From a virus (Duplodnaviria; Caudoviricetes), in the IMG/VR virus record IMGVR_UViG_3300023176_005522, positions 1-33,173 of that record: a DNA stretch of 33,173 nucleotides. One strand, 5' to 3'. How positions within the stretch are numbered: position 1 is the first letter of the stretch; each line of letters opens with the position of its first letter. The notes beneath the pieces were generated by a model. It did no database searches. It saw only the letters and a program-made list of their open reading frames with translations, and was not told the DNA's origin. Of the stretch, positions 25,501-33,173 are shown piece by piece. The translations under genes and the position numbers were made by a program.

Positions 25501-27965
25501 GCAACAAACAATCTACTGTCGTTATATCTTGTTAACAGATAATCTGTAGCATCAGTTAAACCGCCAATAACTGTGCCTGAATCGTTGCTGTATGTTGCTG
25601 TAGCTGAACTAACAACTTTGTGGTTTGGTATAAACACTGTGTTGAATGTAGGATTTGGTTCACTTTTTGTAACAGTAAAGGCACTAGGAAACACAACTAT
25701 ATCATCAGTGAAAGGAGATGCTGTTGCTTGTACTCTAAATTCATCATCACTTACTTTACTAACAGTACCACTCACAGTTTCTTGATGTGCTTCAATATCA
25801 CCAGTACCGCTAGCAAATCTAAAACTTTCATTGGTAGGTTCATCATAATTGGTTACAGAAAGTTCAACTGTATCACCATCACTCAAACCATGGGCTTGTT
25901 TGTATATGGTATTTCTATAAGCAGAGTTTATATTAGCAAAAACATAGAAAATTTCACTGGTTGATCCTAGATTAGTTTTTCCACTATCGTTATAGTTTAA
26001 AGTAAATCTCCCGTCATTGGTGCCTGCTGTACTTGCATAGTTATACACCAAATTCATATTGGCATATCTAGCTTTTTCTCTTTGGTTAGACAAGTTACTG
26101 AATGCATCACTGGAAGTAAATGTTTGTCCTGGTCTTCTATTTTGAAAAGCTACAATTCTGCTTGGCTGAATAGTACCAAGTCCCCATTCATTATCTATTA
26201 AATCACTGCCACTGTGATCTACATCAGGATTTTGATTGGCTCCTGTTACTGTAAAGTAATGATAAACATACCAAGTCCCTCCAACGCTGCCTGTCGGATT
26301 ATAATTTGCATTGGCATACCAATTGCTACCACTTTGATACAAGCACCTAGTTATATCTGTATTTGGATAATAGTTTCCTGATCTTCTGCCTTGACGTCCA
26401 ATTCTAAAAGTTAAATTGCTACCACTAAGTCCGTTGTATGACTGACTGTAATAGGTCATATCTATATATTCAGAACTACTATTCAAGTCACCGCTGTAAT
26501 AAATTCTATAAATTATGCAACTTTCTGGTACAGCAACTTGTGTAGTGGTGCATATAAGCATAGCGTAACTGTATGAACTTGTACCACTTCGTGCTCGATT
26601 ATACTGTGTATTGACTTGAATCAAGTTTCTATCATAGTATGCAGTATGTCTTTGTGTTCCGTCTTTAGTTTCCACTTTGTAAACCAAATTCAGTGCAAAG
26701 TAACCTCTGTTACTGCCTGGGTTGGCTGTTATGTTTACTACATTAGCCAGTGTTCCGTAATCTGTACACAGTTGAATAGTGTCGTCATCAACTACTTTAA
26801 CATAATAAACTACACCGTCTTCTAGTCCACCAATGGTCTCGTCTTGTATAGGATAGCTGCACAACAAACAAAAGTTGTCTTGCATGCCATGAGTAGTCCA
26901 TGTTATTTGATCTGTAACTGTGTCAACTTCACTGCCATCAAAATATTGCACATAGGTGCTTTCCCAATCAAAACTTGCAACAGGAAATTCTGCTGCTCCT
27001 CCTCTGCCTGTGGTTACAGTACTGTCTATACTAAAATTAGTTTCTAGTCTAGATTCTGTATCAACAACAGGACGACCATCTGCTGCGGTTGCAGTTTGAT
27101 CAGCAATAATTAAATCTTTTGGACCCACAGTATTTCTCAAATACATTTTTGTGTTTTCTTCAAAACCGTGTGTAAATTCTGAAGTAACAGTCAATGTACT
27201 AGGAGAAGATCCATCAGAGACAATAGGTTCACCACTTGATTCATTTAAGATTACATTGCTACCTTCAAAGAATTTACTAGGAATGATAGTTGTATAACTA
27301 CCACTAAGTTCTTCAGTTCTGTTTAATTCTTGGTCCATTTCATAGAAAAAATTTCTACTGTCACTAACACCACTTACTAAAAAATATCCTTCAGCTAGAT
27401 ATTCAGTTAAACCTTGAACATTGATAGGGTCTCCTAATACTAATCCATGACCAGTATTAGTAGTAACTTTGATCTGCTTACTACCTTGTGTACTAGTAAC
27501 ACTAGTAACACCTTGAATTGGAATATCACCACTTGTACTGTAAATAGTAGGCACGTTGTTAACCGTTTGTAGTGTTTCCCACTTGGAACTTTGTGTACCA
27601 TATTCAAAGTCAGTGTCAATCAAGTTTTCAGGATTACTAACACGTATTTTACTAACAGGGTCAATGAATGTTTCACTAAATTCTACTTCTGCATGATCTT
27701 TTTCAATGAATATTTGTAAACTATCTGTATCTTCACAACCCAGTGCAACACAATCTGCTGCTAGCGTGAATGTAGTAGTATTAGTAAATGAACTGTATGA
27801 TCTATCTACATATCCCAAAGTAGGATCAGCAAAATTATATAAAAATTTGTTTAGTGTTACATCAGTGATAATAAGCAAACGCTCAGGCAAGATATTATCA
27901 TGCACTGTAATAGAATTTGTAGCTGAATCAAATGTATAGTTGCCTACAAAAAGTTTTTTACCCAT
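22518..27965 (-). CDS. Very large virion structural protein (1815 aa)
   Basis: DPV.K.RVS.P..LIDTDFEYG.Q..KWE, RQTRKYFRYQSGKG and YSWYGAGKIRFG motifs, plus repeated HG/HNL..G..V beta modules as in large myovirus tail/baseplate-associated proteins. Confidence 0.75.
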   Translation of the reverse strand: MGKKLFVGNYTFDSATNSITVHDNILPERLLIITDVTLNKFLYNFADPTLGYVDRSYSSFTNTTTFTLAADCVALGCEDTDSLQIFIEKDHAEVEFSETFIDPVSKIRVSNPENLIDTDFEYGTQSSKWETLQTVNNVPTIYSTSGDIPIQGVTSVTSTQGSKQIKVTTNTGHGLVLGDPINVQGLTEYLAEGYFLVSGVSDSRNFFYEMDQELNRTEELSGSYTTIIPSKFFEGSNVILNESSGEPIVSDGSSPSTLTVTSEFTHGFEENTKMYLRNTVGPKDLIIADQTATAADGRPVVDTESRLETNFSIDSTVTTGRGGAAEFPVASFDWESTYVQYFDGSEVDTVTDQITWTTHGMQDNFCLLCSYPIQDETIGGLEDGVVYYVKVVDDDTIQLCTDYGTLANVVNITANPGSNRGYFALNLVYKVETKDGTQRHTAYYDRNLIQVNTQYNRARSGTSSYSYAMLICTTTQVAVPESCIIYRIYYSGDLNSSSEYIDMTYYSQSYNGLSGSNLTFRIGRQGRRSGNYYPNTDITRCLYQSGSNWYANANYNPTGSVGGTWYVYHYFTVTGANQNPDVDHSGSDLIDNEWGLGTIQPSRIVAFQNRRPGQTFTSSDAFSNLSNQREKARYANMNLVYNYASTAGTNDGRFTLNYNDSGKTNLGSTSEIFYVFANINSAYRNTIYKQAHGLSDGDTVELSVTNYDEPTNESFRFASGTGDIEAHQETVSGTVSKVSDDEFRVQATASPFTDDIVVFPSAFTVTKSEPNPTFNTVFIPNHKVVSSATATYSNDSGTVIGGLTDATDYLLTRYNDSRLFVASTTVTAAASALTGIIGNNSSVATNFDIDIETPLGLVDPSTATITKVEFRGDFNQRDEFVTLTFEDGYIFDVGVNGARSSQWQEETNWSPKDISSVLKDIGGGIIGFTVEADPTSTVVDGNGFPQGGMTYEWEIRFTVTGQAGSIVLSSAGTGQSTFAAQSITGAYDGIYTVDTTPSSNQMTLTTDFKIPDRVYGFTDAEVDDVAETIQLQATGHHNLITGEKVTYAAISPASDLFDTTEHPDVYVIVIDNTTIAFATSYLDAINGAKIPLTNQVGSHQISTLNVVKSIQGGGTVTINTNGLDTVVGNGTSFLSEFKRFDEFWVICNGFMQKFEVEKVLTDELMELTTEVPTTVTAGDYYFITQAIPRPDGFSLHKPFDGGIDITAGTSPNCKVTRQTRKYFRYQSGKGIQNSFAINFSPTRIVDSITNSGTTMTVTTQEIHNLSAGEQIEIYEAEVETGENPYNGIYEVATIESPYSFTYEVLDSPVQKKASGIPSYARKGWRDSFVRAGMFDDQNGFFYEYDGTDLYAVRRSSTLQLSGYVNTTQHSQVVTGVSTSFSTQLNFGNNVVIRGQTYKVVEVGSDNRIVIQPAYRGVSATNVKITKTIDTKVAQRDWSIDPCDGSGTHGFVLDINKIQMAYADYSWYGAGKIRFGFKDQNGHVKYVHEFVHNNRLLESYFRSGNLPGRYEIENGVNPNTAPTLFHFGTSVIMDGTFDDDKAYLFSSSSNPFAFTNGASTTVTSTGNTTFEQITLNNSRVFVYAIPVSEQDASSTTVGSLIRDPSNTNIPEGTYVAQVIVNGASSKIYASYPGTAGDPDDATINSGTVFTLGETTLIDLTRPIPLVSLRLAPSVDSGVTGAVGERDIINRMQLTLRRAGITTNQDLEAFVILNGLPSNLDFEKVQSPSLSEIIRHDAGDLIQQGTVVYSTKVSVGSLDIELGELIDMGNSILGGDSIFPSGPDLITIAIQPQDTSTISGTSPLFVSGKITWTESQA

Positions 27966-27978
27966 TTAAGTTTCCTTG

Positions 27979-28311
27979 TTATCCCAATGCAATACTGTAT
28001 GCAATGGATGTTGCAGCAGATGCTAGATTTGTATTTCCAGTCACAGTGAGATCACCCACAGTCAATGATCTAGTACTGGTGCTACCTCTTTCAAGGACTT
28101 TGTCAATATCTATATCGCTTACTTGTGAGGTTGTTAATACCAGAGCACCTTGGTGCTCTGTAATTGTAGCTTCAGCTAATGTAACTGTGTGATTAACGCT
28201 GAGATCTAAAACAGTGTGCAAGTGATTTGCAGTAACTTCACCATTGATAATTGCATCACCGTCTACGCTGTCGGTACCTAGTGCTCGTTGATTGATTTGT
28301 CCAATTGCCAT
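27979..28311 (-). CDS. Small tail-fibre-like structural protein
   Basis: L.TDSV.G..I..G.VT..HL, VL.RG.T.T..LTVG.LTVTG and a C-terminal IAYSIALG; late motif upstream. Confidence 0.65.
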   Translation of the reverse strand: MAIGQINQRALGTDSVDGDAIINGEVTANHLHTVLDLSVNHTVTLAEATITEHQGALVLTTSQVSDIDIDKVLERGSTSTRSLTVGDLTVTGNTNLASAATSIAYSIALG

Positions 28312-28338
28312 ACATATAACCTTGTGTTTAGTTATATG

Positions 28339-28346
28339 TATTTATT
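28339..28346 (-). promoter_or_regulatory. Late promoter motif AATAAATA
   Basis: Intergenic, 28 nt before the ATG at 28311. Confidence 0.65.
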
Positions 28347-28352
28347 ACTGTT

Positions 28353-29093
28353 TCAATCTTTCTTTTGATGTATTTTTTCTTTATACCAGTGCCAGTTACT
28401 TTGTACAGGCAAAGTATCTTCTTCATCTTGCTCTGTTTGAATACGCACAGGCAGCTTACCCCATGATTCTTTTCTGTTAACAGGAAAGAATTGAGCAAGT
28501 GGATATCCAGCTTTGATAGTAAAGTCGTATTCTTCTTTGTTATCTGGATTCAATACACGAAATGGTAGATTGACATGAGAATTATATTTGTCTGTATCAA
28601 CTACTCCTGAAAAAACTTCAATATAAGACTTGCCTCTGTTTACAGGATTGATAAACATCGTACTGTATCCGGGTCTTGTAGTAATTTTCCAAGGATTAAT
28701 AAACTTTAAAATCGGAGCATCTGCATACAAATTATTCATACCAGCTTGAAACTGATTATGGTTTTCAATTGGAGGATTGATTACTCCTTCTTGGAGTTTA
28801 ATTTTATTACGATATTCGTAGTTAACTTCTTTTCCATAATCAGATACTTTGAAGTAAACGTCCCAAGGCATAGGAAGTATCCACCCCATAGTTATTGCAT
28901 CTAAAAAAGGCATACATCCACGCACAGTTTGTGATTTGTACATGGTTTCTCCTTGCTGTTCGTCTGGCAAGTTTAGTTTAACTTTTTTTAACCAGTCTGG
29001 AAAAAAGTTCTTGGATTGATCTGGCTTGGTAAAGTATTTGATATTTGTATCCAAAGCACTAACTTCAATCAATGGTTTTTTCTTAAAGAACAC
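28353..29093 (-). CDS. Conserved phage hypothetical protein (DUF6065-like)
   Basis: T.R.C.PFLDA...GW, KF.NPW...T.PGYS..F, GVVDTD.Y...N.PF and I.AG.PLAQ..P..R; GTG start with GGAG RBS. Confidence 0.65.
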   Translation of the reverse strand: MFFKKKPLIEVSALDTNIKYFTKPDQSKNFFPDWLKKVKLNLPDEQQGETMYKSQTVRGCMPFLDAITMGWILPMPWDVYFKVSDYGKEVNYEYRNKIKLQEGVINPPIENHNQFQAGMNNLYADAPILKFINPWKITTRPGYSTMFINPVNRGKSYIEVFSGVVDTDKYNSHVNLPFRVLNPDNKEEYDFTIKAGYPLAQFFPVNRKESWGKLPVRIQTEQDEEDTLPVQSNWHWYKEKIHQKKD

Positions 29094-29117
29094 AGCGACT
29101 CCAATCTTTATTACAGT

Positions 29118-29145
29118 ATTATATAATATTTTTGAAATTTGTCAA
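29118..29145 (-). promoter_or_regulatory. Sigma70-type promoter for the DUF6065-like gene
   Basis: TTGACA (29145-29140), 16 nt, TATAAT (29123-29118). Confidence 0.65.
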
Positions 29146-29154
29146 TACACTTGT

Positions 29155-30129
29155 TTATGCACTGGCTTGGAAAAACGCTGCGCCATCTTTTCCATGTTCA
29201 GCTGCTCCACTACTTACACTGGTCCCACCAACACCTATGTTAGCTGAATTAAAATTAGTCAATGATAGTGCATTACTTGTTGCTCCAACTGTCCATCCAG
29301 AAGGAACAAGAGAAGAACCTCCTCCTCCGCCCGAACCATACTGATCAGCACCGCCTACGCCAGATCCGCTGCCGCCGCCGCCATAATAGCCGCCGCCACC
29401 GCCGCCAGATCCTCCTGAGTTACTACTGTTAGCCACACCAGCATTGCCGCCTGTATACAAACTGCCCGCATTACCATTGCCGCCGCCAGATCCAACTCCG
29501 CCAGATCCTCCTGCGTTTTGATTTCCCCCTTGACCAGCACTTGTGTGGTTAATTGCCTGATTACCTGCTACACCGTTTGGTGCTCCTCCGTCTCCACCGC
29601 TGTGACTGTTACTGTTTGCAAACTGGTCAGTACCTCCACAGCCACCACCACCTCCAGCAATTGCTAGATATTCTGTATTAGTATTAGAATATATGTAACT
29701 CATTCCGCCGCCAGCACCGCCATCATATGTAGAAGAACCAATACCTGAACTACCGCTGCCTGCATTTGTGTCGCCGCTGTTTTGTGTAACTTGAGCTCCT
29801 ACATTATCTCCTGCAGGACCCCCTAATCCAACTTTGATTGTGATACTGTTGTGATTTGACAAATCAAGTACACCATGCATATAAGCGCCGTTTCCGCCTA
29901 CACCATTGCTAGCAGTTGGACCCGAATAGCCAGATCCTCCGCCGCCTGCTCCAAACAAATAAACATAGCTAGACTGAAATGCACTCACATCAACTGTTGT
30001 GCCTGCATTGTTTCCTGTAGCTGTAAATCCTTGATCGAATACAGCTTCGTAAGCCTTAGGTGATGCTTTTCCACCTATTCCTCCAAAAGCTCTAGAACTG
30101 CCACCGCCAAATGATCCTAGTAAAGGCAT
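29155..30129 (-). CDS. Gly-rich tail-tip/adhesin-like protein
   Basis: MPLLGSFGGGS.RAFG N-terminus, LFGAGGGG, IAGGGGG and GGGGGGYYGGGG glycine-rich domain; AGGAG RBS. Confidence 0.75.
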   Translation of the reverse strand: MPLLGSFGGGSSRAFGGIGGKASPKAYEAVFDQGFTATGNNAGTTVDVSAFQSSYVYLFGAGGGGSGYSGPTASNGVGGNGAYMHGVLDLSNHNSITIKVGLGGPAGDNVGAQVTQNSGDTNAGSGSSGIGSSTYDGGAGGGMSYIYSNTNTEYLAIAGGGGGCGGTDQFANSNSHSGGDGGAPNGVAGNQAINHTSAGQGGNQNAGGSGGVGSGGGNGNAGSLYTGGNAGVANSSNSGGSGGGGGGYYGGGGSGSGVGGADQYGSGGGGGSSLVPSGWTVGATSNALSLTNFNSANIGVGGTSVSSGAAEHGKDGAAFFQASA

Positions 30130-30139
30130 GATTTACTCC

Positions 30140-31060
30140 TTATGCATATTGTTGCTGACTTGCATACACTTCAAATGTAGCATCTGATAATTTAAAAATT
30201 GTAAAACTGTATATATCTGTACTATTAGCATTGCCTGCTGTTGGAGCTGATCCTCCGCTCCACTTGGGTGTAACTGCTACACCATCAATTTGAACAGTGC
30301 TTACATAGTAAGGAGTTGCTCCATTTGGTAATAGCACAGCAACAGTTAAAACTTCTAAAGATGTCATAATATCATTGAGTGCTGTTGTAGCATCTCCAAC
30401 AAAATTAAACGTTCTATTTCCTGTTTGATCAACACTGAATCTAATTACTGCTCCACTATTAACATATATATCTGTTGCGCCACTGGTGCTTGTTGCAGGT
30501 TGTCTTCTTTCAAATATTTCGTGTATATGAGAAGCTCCATTTATAGTAGTACTATCTGCTGTTAACTCGCCTGTTATAGTAACACCGTCGTTTGTGGTCT
30601 GTAGTCTTTGATTCCCATTTTTATTAAGAACCACATCTCCTACTACACCGCTACAAACAATATGTCCAAAAGATCCTGCTTTGAGAACCATGCGGCTAGC
30701 TTCAATAATTAAATCCCCAGTTCCTGAGTCTTTTATATAGCTGTTTAGTGTATCGTGATATAGTTCTAAATCACCATCGTCGCCGAGACTTATTCTGTCA
30801 CCGTCTCCAAGGTTAACTGTTTGTGCAGTAGCAGTATCTACAGTAACAGTGGTTCCTGTTACTGTTAAATTTCCTGTTACTGTTAAGTTTCCAAACTCTA
30901 CTGCTTGACCACTTGTTACAAGTGGATTACCACCTGCTGTGGTCCCGTCGTGAACAACAACAGTATTTTTATCTGTATCAACTGTTAACTCGCCTGCTGC
31001 GCCAGTAAACGTACTGTGTTCTACTGTTGTTCCTCTTCTAAATTGTACTGCTGTTGGCAT
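30140..31060 (-). CDS. Tail fibre protein with Mtd-N/hyaluronidase-N-like head
   Basis: VQFRRGTT.EH..FTGA.GE.TVDTD..T..VHDG.TAGG N-terminus, GD..DL.LYHD..NSYI.D.GTG, and C-terminal PKW.GG.AP......D.YSFTI.K. Confidence 0.8.
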   Translation of the reverse strand: MPTAVQFRRGTTVEHSTFTGAAGELTVDTDKNTVVVHDGTTAGGNPLVTSGQAVEFGNLTVTGNLTVTGTTVTVDTATAQTVNLGDGDRISLGDDGDLELYHDTLNSYIKDSGTGDLIIEASRMVLKAGSFGHIVCSGVVGDVVLNKNGNQRLQTTNDGVTITGELTADSTTINGASHIHEIFERRQPATSTSGATDIYVNSGAVIRFSVDQTGNRTFNFVGDATTALNDIMTSLEVLTVAVLLPNGATPYYVSTVQIDGVAVTPKWSGGSAPTAGNANSTDIYSFTIFKLSDATFEVYASQQQYA

Positions 31061-31069
31061 TGTTCTTTC

Positions 31070-31555
31070 CTATACTAATCCTGGACCTAAGTCCTCTGTT
31101 TTAAATTCTGTATCTGCTCTCATATCATACACTGTGGTCACTCCTGCTTCCAACCCTAGCTTTGTATAATCTGGAGTTAAGTCTCCATAATCTCCTGTAG
31201 GGAAAGTTCCTTGGCCTCCGCCAACTGTTCCCCAGGCTCCATTTTTATAGGCTTGTATTTGATGTGTAGTCCTATTATAAACTAAATCACCATTTGCACC
31301 TGTTTTAAGTGCAATCTGTGCAGTTGTAAAACTGCCTAGCTGAAAACTGCTTTGTGTTACTGCTACTCTATCGTTAACACCTGTTCCAGCTGTTAAATTA
31401 ATACTAGATTGAGATGTGAGTGTAGGTATTCCAATTGAAGAAGCAGTTGTAAAAGTATCTACTATTAATTCACTAACAGTGATACTATCTGTGTTGTCAC
31501 CGTCAAAGTCAGCTACTCTACTTTGAAAATCTACTAAGTTTCTTACTCTACTCAT
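31070..31555 (-). CDS. Hypothetical virion protein
   Basis: MSR.R.L.D start, TT.Q......G..VYN.T...Q.Y..G.W fibre motif and GDYG; ATGA overlap with the upstream gene. Confidence 0.7.
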   Translation of the reverse strand: MSRVRNLVDFQSRVADFDGDNTDSITVSELIVDTFTTASSIGIPTLTSQSSINLTAGTGVNDRVAVTQSSFQLGSFTTAQIALKTGANGDLVYNRTTHQIQAYKNGAWGTVGGGQGTFPTGDYGDLTPDYTKLGLEAGVTTVYDMRADTEFKTEDLGPGLV

Positions 31556-33171
31556 ACTGGCATGTACCTTATGTCTATACTTTGATCTAACAACGGAGCA
31601 CTAGCAAATGTTAATATTGTTCCACTAATACTGTAATCAGCTGGCGGTAATATTAAACCATCTAGTATTACTAGCACACTGCTTTCGATGTGTCCGTCAG
31701 GAATAGTATAATCAACAGTCAAACCATCACCTGTAAATTGATCACTGGTATATGTTAAATTGAGTTTGGCATTTGTAATGCTATCATCTGGCGGAGCAGT
31801 ACTTGTTCCTTGCGGAAGACCTAAATATCTAACATATATTCTACTATTTAACAAAGGAGGACTTGTAAATGTAAGTGTTGTACTGCTAGTGTTATAGTTT
31901 GCAACTGGTTCTTGTACTACATTGTCAATCATCACTAGTAGTGTATGACTGTACTGAGGATCATAGTCTAATGTAAATGCTGTAGTAGATCCATCACCGG
32001 TAAATGTTTGTTTTTGATATACCAGTGCTTCTATTTTTTCTATTCCAATAGTACCGTCTTGTAGTTTAGCACCTGTGATACTTGCATCTGCAACTGTACC
32101 GATACTCAATGCAAGTCCATACCCTTTGACTTCAACAGTTTGACCTAGTGTAGGTGTACCGCCTAGTGTAAGTGTTGTTCCTACTACTGTGTAGTTGTTG
32201 GTTAACTGAGGGACTCCATCTACAAAAACTTGTACTGCGGCAGTACTGCCAGGGTCTTGACTCAGTGTATAAGTGTTACTAACACCATCTGCGGTATAAA
32301 TGTCAAAGAATGCATTCTGTGTACCTAGAGTACTTATATTTTCCACTTGCCATTCGTTTGCACTATTGTTGTAATAAAGTAAGTCATTGTTGGCAACACC
32401 TGTTGTGTTAACATTACCAATGCTGCCTAATGTAGTTGCAACAGAATCATCTGCTGGTGCCCAATAACTGTTTAAGTTGTCCCACTTGAGCACTTGACCG
32501 TCGGTTGGTGCAGTGTTGTTAACATCACCAAGATCTGATAAAACACCAACAGGAGTAGCAGGTTCAAATTGACTAGCAGCATTATTCCATCTTAATATTT
32601 GTGCATCTAAAATTCCCGTTGTATCAACATCACTTAAATCGTTAACACTTTTAAGTGCAAATGCTGTATCAAAATCACTTTGACTAAAACTGTCGCCTGG
32701 TATAAATTTGCTGTTAGCATTATCCCAAATAAGTGCTTGCCCATCTGTAGGAGCGGCAGTGGTAATATCAACATTGCCTAATACATCGATGCTATCTCCG
32801 TACACCATAAGTTGAGCACCATTGTACTCTGGTATTTTATTAAACTGCCATGTGTCATCGCTGGCTTGATAAGTCAGTGTAGCGCCAGCGCCGTCAATTG
32901 TTATTCCTGCGCCATCTGCCGCAGCGGCATTGGCTGCACCACTAGCTATAGTGATATTAATGTCATCTACAGTTAAATCGGTACTATTTATAGTAGTGGT
33001 TGTGCCGTCAACTTGTAAGTTACCCGCAATAACTACTGTACCTGTATTATTACCAACCGCAGCAGGATCAATTGTGAATGTTGCAGGACCTGCCAGGTAT
33101 CCAGTTGTAACTATGTTACCGGCTGTGCCACCACTTAAAAATGAATTTACATCTCCATCCGAGTAACCAGA
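31552..33171 (-). CDS. Tail fibre/baseplate-associated protein (5'-partial, runs off the right edge)
   Basis: Frame stays open beyond the listed ATG at 32808 to the window end (SGYSDGDVNSFLSGGTAGNIVTTGYLAGPATF...). Four L.D..DV/NV...GQ.L.W repeats and three T.DG....(F/Y)T......V..DG..Q/L..Y...G..LTF repeats. Confidence 0.8.
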   Translation of the reverse strand, partial: SGYSDGDVNSFLSGGTAGNIVTTGYLAGPATFTIDPAAVGNNTGTVVIAGNLQVDGTTTTINSTDLTVDDINITIASGAANAAAADGAGITIDGAGATLTYQASDDTWQFNKIPEYNGAQLMVYGDSIDVLGNVDITTAAPTDGQALIWDNANSKFIPGDSFSQSDFDTAFALKSVNDLSDVDTTGILDAQILRWNNAASQFEPATPVGVLSDLGDVNNTAPTDGQVLKWDNLNSYWAPADDSVATTLGSIGNVNTTGVANNDLLYYNNSANEWQVENISTLGTQNAFFDIYTADGVSNTYTLSQDPGSTAAVQVFVDGVPQLTNNYTVVGTTLTLGGTPTLGQTVEVKGYGLALSIGTVADASITGAKLQDGTIGIEKIEALVYQKQTFTGDGSTTAFTLDYDPQYSHTLLVMIDNVVQEPVANYNTSSTTLTFTSPPLLNSRIYVRYLGLPQGTSTAPPDDSITNAKLNLTYTSDQFTGDGLTVDYTIPDGHIESSVLVILDGLILPPADYSISGTILTFASAPLLDQSIDIRYMPV

Positions 33172-33173
33172 TG

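Noticed and set aside
30140-31060. Mtd-like N-terminus suggesting a diversity-generating retroelement
   Set aside because: Only the N-terminal anchoring motif is present. I saw no reverse transcriptase, no C-type lectin variable region and no TR/VR pair. The 55-bp repeat has just three mismatches and is mid-gene.
1096-33166. Many short ORFs antisense to or out of frame within long genes (e.g. 5124..5543, 14377..14820, 19334..19753, 23131..23472, 32930..33166)
   Set aside because: They lie wholly inside well-supported genes, show no recognisable motifs, and are expected shadows of Thr/Gly/Val-rich codon usage.
1-33173. Alternative genetic code (stop-codon reassignment) as in some large phages
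   Set aside because: Coding density is high under the standard code, and TAA, TGA and TAG all end plausible genes (e.g. TAG at 1842 and 31070).
1-33173. tRNA, rRNA, CRISPR array, integrase/transposase, intron or intein
   Set aside because: Intergenic gaps are all under about 90 bp, and I saw no spaced direct repeats, cloverleaf or mobile-element motifs. A covariance-model scan was not possible.

Overview
This window is an AT-rich segment of a large T4-like (myovirus-type) bacteriophage genome, probably aquatic and infecting a Gram-negative host; the host assignment is inference. The left end holds a 5'-truncated gp15-like tail-completion gene and a NUDIX hydrolase, facing a ybaN-like + pcyX-type bilin reductase pair. 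A sigma70-type promoter drives ADP-heptose enzymes (hldD, compact hldE). These converge on a minus-strand operon: GT9 heptosyltransferase-like gene, NodU/CmcH carbamoyltransferase, hypothetical, cupin, SGNH-like gene. From about 10.1 kb to the right edge lies a minus-strand block of tail fibre/baseplate-associated genes. It includes three Gly-rich tip-like proteins (one with ~36 Cys), two cupredoxin-like motifs and shared repeat modules. Several structural genes are preceded by NATAAATA late-promoter motifs, while four non-structural genes or operons have their own TTGACA/T-N16-17-TATA(A/T)T promoters. The most interesting hypothesis is a phage-encoded heptosylation/carbamoylation system sitting directly downstream of a Cys-rich tail-tip gene. 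All product calls come from motif recognition by eye; no searches were run.
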